From Eledone cirrhosa (lineage: Eukaryota), in the NCBI GenBank assembly GCA_964016885.1, contig OZ024753.1, positions 14,260,001 through 14,324,000 of the forward strand: DNA of 64,000 nucleotides, read 5' to 3'. Shown here piece after piece: positions 12,631 through 26,179 of the stretch. Position numbers and translations under genes: made by a program. Under the pieces are notes generated by a model that saw nothing but the letters and a program-made list of their open reading frames with translations, ran no database searches and had not been told where the DNA came from. Each line of letters opens with the position of its first letter. Within the stretch, counting starts at the first letter, position 1.

Positions 12631-13186
12631 GTATATAACATATGTGGGTGAATGTATGTATATGTATATGTCTGTTAGTGTATCTGTATGTGTGTGAATG
12701 TAAGTATTTTTGTACATGTGTGTGTATATATGCAGTCTTTCCAGGAACAAAATGTAAATATGTATAGAATGTGTGTGGGTGTGTGTGTGTGTGTATTTAT
12801 GTATATAATGTATGTGTGTGAATGTATGCATATGTATCTGTTAGTGTATCTGTGTGTATGTGTGAATGTATGTATTTATGTATATAGCATGTGTGAATGT
12901 ATGTATATGTCTGTTAGTGAGTGTATGTATTTATATAACGTATGTGTGTGTGTGTACATGTGTATGTATTTATATAACATATCTGTGTCTGCATGTGTAT
13001 GTATTTATATATATGTGTGTGTACATGTGTATGTATTTATATAACGTATGTGTGTATGTGAATGTATGTATTTATATATATGTTTGTATTTATATATATG
13101 TATGTATTTATATATATATATGCATATATATATATATATATATGTATGTATTTATATATATGTATGTATATATATATTAATGTATT

Positions 13187-13217
<31 letters not shown>

Positions 13218-13740
13218 GTATGTATTTATATATATATATATGTATGTATATATATATATATGTATGTATTTATATATATATATATGTATGTATATATATA
13301 TATATATACGTATGTATTTATATATATATATGTATGTATTTATATATATGTATGTATATATATATATATATATGTATGTATTTATATATATATATTTATA
13401 TATATGTATGTATGTATTTATATATATGTATGTATTTATATGTGTTTCCTTGAGCAAGACACTTTACTTCACATTGCTCCAGTTTACTCAGCTGTAGAAA
13501 TGAGATGATAAGGACTGGGGTCCATATCATTCCACTGCAATGTGGTCGTGGAGGTGCCACGGCAAAAAAGCACCCAGCACTCACTGTAAATGAGGTTGGT
13601 GTTAGGAAGGGCATCCAGCTGTAGAAATCAAGCCAGAATCAGTTCCCGTCCTACCCTTGCAAGCAGGGAAAAGTGAACGTAAAATGAAATGATGATGAAA
13701 TGATGATATATATATATGTATGTATTTATATATATGTATG

Positions 13741-13781
<41 letters not shown>

Positions 13782-13815
13782 TTATATATATGTATTTATA
13801 TATATGTGTGTGTAA
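12630..13815. repeat. (TA)n/(TATG)n microsatellite field, with one stray tgcagtctttccag unit near 12731
   Basis: Direct reading. Confidence 0.9.
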
Positions 13816-14365
13816 GGCAGTGAATTGGCAGTTAGAACATTAGACAGAACAATTTACAGTATCTGTTCAACCCATGCTAGTGTGGAAGATGGACATTAAA
13901 GGATGATGATGATGATGATTCTCCTCTCTCTGCTCTCCGAGTTCAAATCCCGCCCAGGTTAATTTTGTCTTTCATCCTTACAGGGTCGATGAAAAAATAT
14001 CAGTCCAGTGTTGATACGGACATGTGATGTGCATGATAGGGTTGGACAGGTCTATAGAGACAGTCAGTACTGAAGCAGGGCTACTGGTCTCCCAGGCCAG
14101 GGATCTGCATCTCACAACATACAGTTTCATTCATTCTACCAAGTGTACAGGAGAGGTTGTTATGTCTTTGATCCAACAAACAAGCATGGACGAGTTGAGA
14201 GTGAAACTGTGTTATAAGAGGGATAAACTGTAGTGTGCGGGAGAGAGGACTGCATTGGTATGGCTATGTGATGCGCATGGAAGATGACCACTGGGTGATG
14301 AAGTGCCAAGAAATCTCGGTGGAAGGAAGACACAGTAGAGGAAGACCATGGAAATCATGGGCGGA

Positions 14366-15044
14366 GCTAAGTATCAACATCTGTTGGTCTTACCTAACTG
14401 TCAACATCTGTTGGTCTTAGCTAAGTGTCAACACCTATTGGCCTTAGCTAACTGTCAACATCTGTTGGTGTTAGCTAACTGTCAACATCTGTTGATCTTA
14501 GCTAACTGTCAACATCTATTGGTCTTAGCTAAGTGTCAATATCTGTTGGTCTTAGCTAAGTGTCAACATATGTTGATCTTAGCTAAGTGTCAATATCTGT
14601 TGGTCTTAGCTAAGTGTCAATATCTGTTGGTCTTAGCTAAGTATCAACATCTGTTGGTCTTAGCTAAGTATCAACATCTGTTGGTCTTAGCTAAGTGTCA
14701 ACACCTATTGGGCTTAGCTAACTGTCAACATCTGTTGATCTTAGCTAACTGTCAACATCTGTTGGTCTTAGCTAAGTGTCAACATCTGTTGGTCTTAGCT
14801 AACTGTCAACATATGTTGTTCTTAGCTAAGTGTCAACATCTGTTGTTCTTAGCTAACTGTCAACATCTGTTGATCTTAGCTAACTGTCAATATCTGTTGG
14901 TCTTAGCTAAGTGTCAACATCTGTTGGTCTTAGCTAAGTGTCAACACCTATTGGTCTTAGCTAAGTGTCAACACCTATTGGTCTTAGCTAAGTGTCAACA
15001 TCTGTTGGTCTTAGCTAAGTGTCAACATCTGTTGGTCTTAGCTA
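14366..15044 (+). repeat. 27-bp satellite, ~25 copies (ttagctaa(g/c)tgtcaacatctgttggtc)
   Basis: Direct reading; the 9-aa QHLLVLAKC period in the ORF track. Confidence 0.95.
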
Positions 15045-15086
15045 CTTTTTTTCTAACAATGTATGTAAATATATTTGATATGGCAG

Positions 15087-15202
15087 GCTAGTGATCCTCT
15101 CTTGCAAGCATGTGTCCGACTGGTTGGTGTATGGATGAAAGAAGATAGTGAAGCTCTCAATGATGAGATCAATGATTTAGTGCCAGTCTTGCTGACATTC
15201 AG
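15087..15202 (+). CDS. NCDN: NCDN exon 5 (ASDPLLQACVRLVGVWMKEDSEALNDEINDLVPVLLTF)
   Basis: ggcag acceptor, ag|gtaaaa donor, phase 0-2; matches the neurochondrin motif 'A.VR.LG.WLAEE...L..E...LLP.L'. Confidence 0.92.
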
Positions 15203-15301
15203 GTAAAAAAACCTTTTATCACAGTCATTATACTTTGTCATTATCATAATAATTTAGCAGAAAATATCTAAAAGCTTGTTTGTTAATTCAAATGTTTATA
15301 G

Positions 15302-15447
15302 CAGGTATGGTCAACCTTTTTCGAGCAGTGGGCCGCATAGGGTGTGGCTTATCATATGATGGGCCACTTTACTAAAAAATTCAAGGCAATTTTGGAATTA
15401 GACGTGCCATTCAGAAAGCCAAACGGGCCGCAGTTTGCCCATGACTG
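15302..15447. mobile_element. hAT-type MITE
   Basis: Perfect 8-bp TSD gtttatag (15294-15301, 15448-15455); CAG...CTG termini. Confidence 0.85.
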
Positions 15448-15901
15448 GTTTATAGTATTTATAGTAGCTTATAAATAGGGTTTGCTTATTTCTCAGGCAT
15501 AAAATAGGGATGTGTCGGCTTATATTTGAGTATATACAGTACATCTGTTGAAAGTCTATTCATGTCTCCTCATAACCCTTTTGCTACCAAACTGCCCAAC
15601 ACTGACCCTGGTTCAATGGTACAAAACTGTTTGTTTTAAAGTATTTATATTTATCATTAAACTTTCTACCATAATTTTATGTAAGAAACCTTTGTTATCT
15701 TCTAAACACCAACATAACAATGAAAATCTGCCAAGTATATATGGTAGATAAAATTCTAAATCTCTCCAAATTCTTGATTTTATTTTTTTAAATGATTTGA
15801 AAGGCAGTCTTTCATTTGAAATATAGTAAGAAAAGGGTTAAAAACTAATATTGTAAGAAAGGGCATCTGAAGAAATTCTTATTTTAATTATATTTTTCTA
15901 G

Positions 15902-16106
15902 TAAAAACCTGCTGTGTACAGCTGAAGTTGAGAACCCCGTGGTGAGTTGTTCTGGTGTTCTATCCCCTCTTTTTGAAGGGTTCTGTCAACTGGCCTCCGA
16001 CACTAATGGCAGGGAACAGTTATTACAACATGAAGCTTACATCCCAGTTGCACAGTATTTGTTACACGCTCTTAGCCAGCTTCCACAGAAGGACGGCAAT
16101 ATTCTG
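15902..16106 (+). CDS. NCDN: NCDN exon 6 (KNLLCTAE...LFEGFCQLASDTNGREQLL...DGNIL)
   Basis: tttttctag acceptor, gtaagt donor, phase 2-0; matches 'LLPG.CHL......RE.L'. Confidence 0.9.
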
Positions 16107-16131
16107 GTAAGTTCTCATAGTTTATTAATAA

Positions 16132-16500
16132 CTAGCAGTGGTACCTGGCGTTGCACGGGGTAAGGTATTGTGAAATATATAACCGCCTTAGCTAAGCTTA
16201 GTATTGCCACAACCACGGCTGGCAAAGAAGTAAGGGTCTGGTGGTACGTAAGTAAGCAACACTGTGGCTTAAAACGTGAGGAAGAAGTTCTGTGCACTTA
16301 CCACCAACTGTTTGGGGAATGAGTGTGAGATTTGTCTTGAGCAAGGATGGCAGAATAACCAGAGACAGCAGACAGCCAGACATACAGACAGATATATTAT
16401 AAGGGCGCGTTCTGGACGCAGAGAGAATTGTAGGAAGTGACGTAATGCAGACAGCTAGACATACAGACAGATATTATAAGGGCGCGACGTTATATGTATG
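16132..16500 (-). mobile_element. Non-autonomous Helitron remnant; a related 3' end lies at 53693
   Basis: Minus-strand hairpin acccgtgcaacgccaggt followed by CTAG|T; 5' boundary uncertain. Confidence 0.55.
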
Positions 16501-17477
16501 TATCTATCTAAAAAGAGAAAGACTAAGAATTATAGAGAGAGATCGCTAAATCGCCTAATGTTGATTCATGACAAATAGGTAAAGGTGGACACAAATACAA
16601 AATTAACCCTTTACCATTTACATTACCCTATATATACTATTTTATTTTTGCGGTAAACATTTTATCTCACATAATATTGAATCTATGAGATTTAGATATT
16701 ATTTATTTTGAGAACAATAGCTTAACATCAGTATGAGTGGCCAGTTACAGCCAGTTTGAATAGAAAGAGGTGAGAGAATTCTGGCCGGATATGGCCGGTT
16801 TAAATAAATGCTAAAGGGTTAAATAAAGGTAGCGAGTTTGGTTTTTACATCTACCTCCCATCCTCTGATGACTGAATGCTGAAGCTGGCGCATTACTGCA
16901 CCAGTTCCTGCAATTCTTGCACCTAATTCAGCTTCCTGCCTTCCATCACTCGTGAACACAGATACAGAATGAAAGAGAGAAAATTTGGCTTTCACACCTA
17001 CCTCTGTTGACCACAGAATACTGAAGTTGCTGTACTACTGCATCAACTCCTGCATTTCTTCTACTTGAAATTGTTATAGATTTTATTGGAGGCACATGGC
17101 TTAGTGGTTAGAGCATTGGCCTTGCAATCGAAAGGTTGTGAGTTCAATTCTCAGACTGGGTGATGTGTTGTTTCCTTGAGCAAGACACTTTATTTCACAT
17201 TGTTCCAGTTTACTCAGCTGTAGAAATGAGATGATAGGGACTGGGGTCCCTATCATTCCACTGCAAAGTGGTCGTGGAGGTGCCACGGCGAAGAAGCACC
17301 CAGCCCACACTGTAAAGTGGTCTTGGAGGTGCCACGGCGAAAAAGCACCCAGCACTCACTCTAAATGAGGTTGGTGTTAGGAAGGGCATCCAGCTGTAGA
17401 AATCAAGCCAGAATCAGTTCCCGTCCCACCCTTGCAAGCAGGGAAAAGCAGACATAAAATGATGATGATGATGTTCT

Positions 17478-17690
17478 TGTTGTTATATGTAAATAATCCC
17501 AAGGTTGTTGTTATTATTATTGTGTTGTTATATGTAAATAATCCCAAGGTTGTTGTTATTACTGTTGTGTTGTTATATGTAAATAATCCCACGGTTGTTA
17601 TTACTGTTGTGTTGTTATATGTAAATAATACCAAGGTTGTTATTATTGTGTTGTTATATGTAAATAATACCAAGGTTGTTGTTATTTCCA
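17478..17690 (+). repeat. 39-45-bp tandem repeat x5 running into the NCDN exon 7 acceptor
   Basis: ttgttatatgtaaataat(c/a)cca(a/c)ggttgtt repeated. Confidence 0.9.
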
Positions 17691-17691
17691 G

Positions 17692-17815
17692 TTGTGTATC
17701 GAAAGCCTCTGTGATCTTCTATATCAACTGACTGAGACAGATGTTCAGTTCTTGGACTCAGACTCAATATATGTCTGTTTATTCAACAGACTAGCAGAAG
17801 TTCTACAAAATACTG
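17692..17815 (+). CDS. NCDN: NCDN exon 7 (LCIESLCDLLYQLTETD...VLQNT)
   Basis: tttccag acceptor, g|gtaagt donor, phase 0-1. Confidence 0.88.
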
Positions 17816-18569
17816 GTAAGTTTTTTAACAATTATTTTGTCCTACTTCTTCCAGGTCACTATATATCTATCGACAGTCGATTGACTTTCGTCAAATCGGA
17901 CCGAGGAAACAATGTTTTCATTGGTCTTTCCAATTGCTAATACTATCTATCGGTCACAACTCCAGGTAGAAGGAGCAACGTGAAATAAAGTGTCTTGCTC
18001 AAGGACATAACGCATCGCCCGGTCCAGGAATCAAACTCATAGCCTCAAGATTGCGAATCCAATTCTCAAGCCACTCAGCCATGCACCTTCACATATATAT
18101 ATATGTGAAGGTGTCACATATATATATATATATGTGAAGGTGTCACGACAAAAAGTACCCAGCACACTGTAAATGTGGTTGGCGTTAGGAAGTGCATTCA
18201 GCCATAGAAAGCCAGCCCCAAAACACCCAGCCCACACTGTAAAGTGGACGTGTAAAAGACACGGCAAAAAGCACCTAGCACACACTGTCAAGGAAGGGCA
18301 TCCAGCCGTAGAAAACCAGCCAGAAGCTCTCCTACTTGCTTCTAAATGGGACAAACCCGTCTAACCCATGCTAGCATGGAAGATAGATGTTAACCAACGA
18401 AGATGATATATACACATACATACACACAAACATATATATATGTTCTACTTGTAGAATGCATGAAGGAACAATTAGAAACCTGACTTCTTTCATCAGGTGT
18501 TTCAAGAAAATGTTTGTATTTAGTAGATGATGCTCAACTATGTTTATATAACATCAATGGCAGTGTGTC

Positions 18570-20390
18570 AGTGTAAATCAGGATGTTGTTGGAGATAAGT
18601 GTGTCCAAAATGATGCTGGTGTACTTAGTGTCACGAATAATCAGAAAAAGGAGGCCTGGAAATGTCATTATGAGAGACTGATGAATGTGAAGAATGAATG
18701 GAATGGAAGAGAGAGAAATTACCCCAGTAGACCCAAACTAGGGACCAGCTATTAAGATTGATGAATATAGGGTCCAAGAGGCAATTAAGGAAATGAAAAA
18801 TGGTAAGGCTGCTGGACTGTCGAAGATAGTTGCTGAGATGCTGAAGGCATCAGGGAACATAGGCACTAAACTCGTTGACGCATCATCAATCGGGCTATAT
18901 ATGGTGGTGTCATACGCAAAGACTGGTGCAGCAGTATTCTCATAAATCGCTACAAAGTTAAAGGGGATGCTCTGGAGAGGAGCAATTATAGGGGTATAAA
19001 ACTGATGGATCAGGTTATGAAAGTGGCAGAAAGGATATTAGCACAACTAATTAGAGAAAGGGTCAAACTAGATGAGATGCAGTTTGGTTTTGTGCCTGGG
19101 AAAAGTACAACAGATGCCCTCTTCTTGGTGAGACAATTACAAGAGAGGTTCTTAGAGAAAAATAAGCCAATATACTTAGCTTTTGTTAACTTAGAGAAGG
19201 CCTTTGATAGGGTACCCCAATCTGTCATCTGGTGGTCCCTAAGGAAACTAGGTGTAGAGGAATGGCTTGTGAGGACAGTGCAAGCTATGTACAGAGATGC
19301 TGTCAGTAAAGTGAGAGTAGGAATGGAGTTTAGTGAGGAATTCCAGATACAAGTAGGAGTACATCAGGGTTCGGTCCTCAGCCTGCTCTGGTTCATTATA
19401 GTCCTCCAAGCCATAACAGAGGAGTTTAAGATTAGCTGCCCATGGGAACTTCTCTATGCTGACGATCTGGTTCTTATAGCAGAATCAGTAGAGGGGCTAG
19501 AGAATAAATTCTGGCTATGGAAACAGCAGTTGGAATCAAGAGGCCTGAGAGTGAACATAGCTAAGACAAAAGTGTTGATGAGTAGAAAAGAGGACAAAAC
19601 TCTGATTCCGTCAGGGAAATGGCCATGTTAAATATATAGAAAAGGAACTGGCATAAATTCTATAAAATGTACACAATGCAGATCTTGAGTACACAAGAGA
19701 TGTAGTCGGATAGCAGGCAAACTAACAGGTAGGGAAAATATGCAGTAGATGTACAGGGAAATATGACAGTAGGGTCGCAATGATAGACACATTTTTCAAA
19801 TGCAGGTGGATTCTATAGAAGTGGTTGATAGCTTCCGGTACCTAGGTGATCAGATTAGCATGGGAGAGGGGGTGTTCCTAGAATAAGGACGGGTTGGAAG
19901 AAGTTTAGGGAGCTGCTTCCTCTGTTGACAAAGAAGGGTTTCTCCCTGCGTATGAAAGGCCTGTTATATGATGCCTGTGTGAGATGCGCGATGCTGTATG
20001 GTAGTGAGACATGGACAGCAACTATAGAGGATATGCGACAGGTGGAGAGATATGAGGCAAGCATGCTCTGTTGGATGTGCGTGAATGACCAAGCATAGAT
20101 GAGTTGAGAGAGAAACTGGGTAAAAGAGGGATAAGTTGTAGTCTACAGGAGAGAAGACTTGAGATGGTATGAACATGTAATGCGTATGGAGGATGACCGC
20201 TGGGTAAAGAAGTGCCAAGAAATCCCAGTTGAAGGAAGACATAGTAGAGGAAGACCACTAAAAGCATGGGCGGAGGTGGTGAGAACAGACCTCAAATCGC
20301 TGAAGCTCACAGAGGAGATGACCAAGGACCATGACAAGTGGAGAGATGCAAGCAGGTAAAACCGGATGTAAAATGATGAGGATGATGATG
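18570..20390 (+). mobile_element. RTE LINE, degenerate RT with Cys-rich (PHD-like) insert and 3' tail
   Basis: NYRGIKL, QFGFVPGKST, FVNLEKAFD, HQGSVLS, YADD; stops and frameshifts. Confidence 0.93.
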
Positions 20391-21064
20391 AATGGCCTTT
20401 CATGATATTGTGAGATTTAGTATATTGAATAAATGATGAAATATGGGAGATAACTTCAAAAGTACCAAGCAATGAAACAACCATAACAAACATTTTAAGT
20501 CTAATTTCTTGGCTAAAGCATGACGGCCTTCTCCATTTTGTTTTATCATCTGATTCCCTCTTCACAAATCCCTGGCTTTCATCTCCTTCTTTCATCTTCA
20601 GCCATGTCTATCTTGGTCTTCCTTTACTTTCTTCTACATTCATTTCTATCTCTTCTTTTGTCACCTTGATCCTTCCTAAACACATGACCTAGCCATCTCA
20701 TTACAAAAAAGGACCTCATAATGAGTATATAACATGTACCAAACTCGAGGAAAAAAATTTTTAAGGTTACTTCCTATTGTCTTCAATCTTTTACTTTACT
20801 TCACTGCGGGGTTTTTTTTCTGTCTTATTACCTTGGCATTTTTACCAAATAAGGATTGTTGGGCTTCCAAATAAACAAACGTATTGTATGTTTGTATTTG
20901 CATTTCATATCATCATCATCGTTTAACATCCATTTTCCACGTTACCATGGGTTAAACGGGTTGTCCCATTAGAGGCAAGTCGAGTCAGGTGACCATGTCT
21001 TGTTCATATGTAACTGTTTCTGGCTACGTTTCTATAGCTGGATGCCCTTCCTAACACCAACCAC

Positions 21065-21890
21065 ATTTACAGTGTGGATTGGGTGCTTTTTATTGTGACA
21101 GCTACATGACCACTTTATAGTGTGGACTGGGTGCTTTTTGTTGTGACACCTACAAGACCAATTTACAGTGTGGGCTGGGTGCTTTTTGTTGTGACACCTA
21201 CATGACCAATTTACAGTGTGGGCTGGGTGCTTTTTGTTGTGACACCTACATGACCAATTTACAGTGTGGGCTGGGTGCTTTTTGTTGTGACACCTACACT
21301 TACCCAATTACACCTCTCAAAGGCGATGACACGCGACCGTGACCTCTGGCGTCACGCAGTAATACAGAGTACCCGACCTCCCATGGGTACAAGCTGAAGC
21401 AATAGACAATATGCCCCACACCCTCCCACTGCAAAATGGTCGTGGAGGTGCCACGGCAAAAAAGCACCCAGCCCACACTGTAAAGTGGACGTGTAGGCGC
21501 CACAGAAAAAAGCACCCAGCACTCATTGTAAATGAGGTTGGTGTTAGGAAGGGCATCCAGCCGTAGAAATCAAGCCAGAATCAGTTCCTGTATGAGCAAG
21601 GCATGGTCAGCCGACCAGACACTGCCCACAACAGGACAACTCGTCTAACCCATGCTAGCATGGAAGAACGGATGTAAAACGGTGATGATGATGATGATGA
21701 CCTACATGACCAATTTACAGTGTGGACTGGGTGCTTTTTGTTGTGACACCTACATGACCACTTTAGAGTATGGAATGGGTTTTTTTTATTGTGACACCTA
21801 CATGACCACTTTATAGTGTGGAATGGGTGCTTTTTATTGTGACACCTACATGACCAATTTATAGTGTGGACTGGGTGCTTTTTGTTGTGT
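21065..21890. repeat. 48-bp SINE-derived tandem array interrupted by a SINE insertion
   Basis: cagtgtgggctgggtgctttttgttgtgacacctacatgacc units on both sides of 21300-21700. Confidence 0.8.
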
Positions 21891-21985
21891 AAGGGTGGTA
21901 TGGACAGAAATGGGTGGGTATGTATATATTTATATCTCTCTATCTAACTATCTATATATTTTTTTATCTATGTTTCTTCTTACAG

Positions 21986-22069
21986 TTTTTGAAATAGAAT
22001 GTCTAAATGTTGTTGCTGTGATGTCACTCCTTGGTCTAACACTTTTTAACTCACATCATTTGACAACAG
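21986..22069 (+). CDS. NCDN: NCDN exon 8 (VFEIECLNVVAVMSLLGLTLFNSHHLTT)
   Basis: ttcttacag acceptor, ag|gtaagt donor, phase 1-1; matches the 'LGL' helix. Confidence 0.88.
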
Positions 22070-22209
22070 GTAAGTTGCTCCCCTTCTCATGTGAACACTT
22101 TAAACTGATTACCATCACAGACTTCTCTATTGAACACAACTAATTACCATCACAGTCTTCTTTATTGAACACAACTGATTCCTCTTAGGCCCAGTTTTTC
22201 TTTCAACAT

Positions 22210-23261
22210 TTAGCTAAGGCATATAGATGTTGACAGTTAGTTAAGACTCATGGATCTTGACATATTAGCTAAGACCAACAGATGTTGACAGTTAGCTAAG
22301 ACCAATAGATGTTGACAGTTAGCTAAGACCAATAGATGTTGACAGTTAGCTAAGACCAATAGATGTTGACAGTTAGCTAAGACCAACAGATGTTGACACT
22401 TAGCTAAGACCAATATATGTTGACACAACACTTAGCTAAGACCAATAGATGTTGACACTTAGCTAAGACCAATAGATGTTGACAGTTAGCTAAGACCAAT
22501 AGATGTTGACAGTTAGCTAAGACCAACAGATGTTGACACTTAGCTAATACCAATATATGTTGACACGACACTTAGCTAAGACCAATAGATGTTGACAGTT
22601 AGCTAAGACCAACAGATATTGACACTTAGCTAAGACCAATAGATGTTGACACTTAGCTAAGACCAATAGATGTTGACAGTTAGCTAAGACCAACAGATGT
22701 TGACACTTAGCTTAGACCAATAGATGTTGACACTTAGCTAAGACCAATAGATGTTGACAGTTAGCTAAGACCAACAGATGTTGACACTTAGCTAAGACCA
22801 ATAGATGTTGACAGTTAGCTAAGACCAATAGATGTTGACAGTTAGCTAAGACCAACAGATGTTGACAGTTAGCTAAGACCAATAGATGTTGACAGTTAGC
22901 TAAGACCAATAGATGTTGACAGTTAGCTAAGACCAACAGATGTTGACAGTTAGCTAAGACCAATAGATGTTGACAGTTAGCTAAGACCAATAGATGTTGA
23001 CAGTTAGCTAAGACCAATAGATGTTGACAGTTAGCTAAGACCAATAGATGTTGACACTTAGCTAAGACCAATAGATGTTGACAGTTAGCTAAGACCAATA
23101 GATGTTGACAGTTAGCTAAGACCAAACATATGTTGACAGTTAGTTAAGACCAATAGATGTTGACAATTAGCTAAGACCAAACATATGTTGACAGTTAGCT
23201 AAGACCAATAGATGTTGACTAAGACCAAACATATGTTGACACATTAGCTAAGACCAACAGA
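22210..23261 (-). repeat. Same 27-bp satellite in reverse orientation, ~38 copies
   Basis: ttagctaagaccaa(c/t)agatgttgaca(g/c) is the reverse complement of the 14366-15044 unit. Confidence 0.95.
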
Positions 23262-23384
23262 GTGATAATGTGATGCAGAGTAAATAAACTTGAATGTACT
23301 TTCAGTAACTATAGTTAATTTACAGAACGAGCCCTCCTAAGTTTTACTGATACAAGCCATTATCATCCAAAACAGTCACTATTA

Positions 23385-23577
23385 ATAATTGTTTCTACTT
23401 TTGGCACAAGGCCAGCAATTACCCAGTACATTACTGGTACTTTATTTTATCGATCCCGTAAGGATGAAAGGCAAAGTTAACTTCGGCGGGATTTGAACTC
23501 AGAATGGCAAGGGCGTAACTCTATACGTCAAAGCATGGCTTCCAACCCTCTACCGATACTGCCAATCTACCGCCCTC
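23385..23577 (-). mobile_element. Second SINE family with Meta-like domain; copies near 24170-24470, 35415-35800, 35977-36168, 50380-50560, 52630-52815, 53980-54165, 59965-60255, 61245-61400
   Basis: gagttcaaatcc B box + tttgcctttcatccttacggggtcgataaaataaagtaccag. Confidence 0.8.
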
Positions 23578-24074
23578 ACTCTTAATAATAAATATTATTT
23601 TGTATTGAAGGCGCATGGCTTAGTGGTTAGAGCATTGGGCTTGCAATCGAAAGGTTGTGAGTTCAATTCTCAGACCGGGTGATGTGTTGTTTCCTTGAGC
23701 AAGACACTTTATTTCACATTGCTCCAGTTTACTCAGCTGTAGAAATGAGATGATAGGGACTGGGGTCCCTATCATTCCACTGGAAAGTGGTCGTGGAGGT
23801 GCCACGGCAAAAAAGCACCCAGCACTCACTGTAAATGAGGTTGGTGTTAGGAAGGGCATCCAGCTGTAGAAATCAAGCCAGAATCAGTTCCTGTATGAGC
23901 TAGACAAGGTCAGCCTACTAGACACTGCCCACAACAGGACAACCTGTCTAACCCATGCTAGCGTGGAAGAACGGACGTAAGGCGGTGATGATGATGAGAT
24001 ACAGTATTGAGTCATTTATTGCATTTAAATACACAAACCTACAAAACAGCCTTACACACACACACACACACATA

Positions 24075-24134
<60 letters not shown>

Positions 24135-25235
24135 GTGACAATAAGAAGTCAGATTTGCAGCTTGTTATGAAACAAACTTTGTCTTTCATCCTTACGGGGT
24201 CGATAAAATAAAGTACCAGTTATGCACTGGGGTAATTGCTGGCCTTGTGCTAAAAGTAGAAACAATTATTACATAAGGGCGGTGGATTGGCAGTACCGGT
24301 AGAGGGTCGGACGCCATGCTTTGCAGCAAAGAGTTACGGCCCTCTATGGTCTGAGTTCAAATCCCACTGAGTTTAACTTTGCCTTTCATCTTTATGGGGT
24401 TGATAAAATAAAGTACCAGTAATGTACTGAATAATTGCAGGCCTTGTGCCAAAAGTAGAAACAATTATTACATATTACAATTGTTTCGATATCGATCAGG
24501 TGATCAGATCCCAACTCTTAATTGATACTTCAGATATGAGAGTTTACATGGGACCTTGTGTATGTCTGTATGTCTCTATGTATATCTGTGTATGTATGTC
24601 TCTATGTATATCTGTGTATGTATGTATGTCTCTATGTATGTCTGTGCTACTGGTAACATGTATTCCAGTACAACGTGTCCCATGGTCGGGTCGTTGGCGA
24701 CTAAACTGGCAACCCCACCAGTGTTTCTTGGTGAGGAGGGTGACTTTGGACATCCTGCAGGACTAAAAACAAAACCTGTCAAAGGGCAAAGGAGCTCTTA
24801 AGAGTCAATGGCCATCCAAAATCACCGGGAGAGATGACCCCTTAGCCTTTGTCAAGGCAGAATTCTAGGAGAAGGAAAACTCTGATATAACACCTGCAAC
24901 TCTGATGGTATCCAATGATGTTGACTTGTTCTTCTTTTTGGTAAATATCATCTTGATTAAGAGAGTGGGACTGGCTTTGTGCAGTGCCTTTGCTCACTAT
25001 AAAAGCTTCACGGCACAGGCATTGCTTTATATCTGGAGATCTCTCTGCACTTGTCGTCACATGGTACCATGGGCCCAGCACTATGTGTCAGTAATTGTCA
25101 CAAGTGTAGTGTTTGTACCAGTGTTTTCAAGTCACTGGCTGGACTAAAAAGTCACACTTATTCAGTGCATCAGTAGAGGTTCTCCTACATGGATATAAAG
25201 TAGTGGACATACTCGAAAACGAGTTGGCAGCCACC

Positions 25236-26123
25236 ATGTATGTATGTATGTTTGTCTCTATGTATATCTGTGTATGTATGTATATCTGTGTATGTCTCTA
25301 TGTATATCTGTGTATGTATGTATATCTGTGTATGTAATTATGTGTGTGTATGTATGTATGTATGTATGTATGTATGTATGTGTGTCTATGTATGTATGTC
25401 TGTGTATGTAATTATGTCTGTGTCTCTGTATGTATGTCTGTGCATGTATGTATGTCTGTATGTGTGTGTATGTCTGTTTGTATGTATGTGTATGTCTGTC
25501 TGTGTGTGTGTATGTATGTATGTATGTCTGTATGTATGTATGTACGTTTGTGTATAGCTGTATGTCTGTGTATGTGTGTGTGTATATATGTCTGTCTGTC
25601 TGTATGTATGTGTATATCTGTATGTATGTATGTATGCGTATGTATATATGTATGTTTGTGTATGTCTATATGTCTGTATGTCTATGTATGTATGTATGTG
25701 TATAGCTGTATGTCTGTGTATGTCTGTATGCATGTCTGTGTATGTCTATATGCATGTATGTTTGTGTATGTATGTCTGTCTGTATATATATATGTCTGTC
25801 TGTATATGTATATGTCTGTCTGTATGTATGTATGTGTATGTCTGTATGTCTGTGTATGTATGTATGTTTGTGTATAGCTGTATGTCTGTGTATGTCTGTA
25901 TGTATGTCTGTATATGTCTGTATGTATGTCTGTATATGTCTATATGCATGTATGTTTGTGTATGTATGTCTGTGTTTGTATGTCTGTATGTATGTCTGTC
26001 TGTATATATATATGTCTGTCTGTCTGTCTGTGTATAGCTGTATGTCTGTATGTATGTCTGTGTGTGTCTATATGCATGTATGTTTGTGTGTGTATGTCTG
26101 TCTGTCTGTATGTATGTTTGTAT
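25236..26123. repeat. TATG/TCTG/TGTG microsatellite mosaic
   Basis: Direct reading. Confidence 0.9.
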
Positions 26124-26179
26124 AGACACCACATATCCTGTATTACACAATACATAAATGTCTGCCTTTATTTCTATAG

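Noticed and set aside
7750-13508. Many HTYI/VCVY-rich ORFs
   Set aside because: Mini- and microsatellite translations.
14348-15091. 247-aa (QHLLVLAKC)n ORF, and its counterpart at 22712-23125
   Set aside because: 27-bp satellite with no coding evidence.
17088-17160. tRNA-like sequence (also at 1600-1666, 23608, 29914)
   Set aside because: SINE heads continuing into a shared body; no proper acceptor stem.
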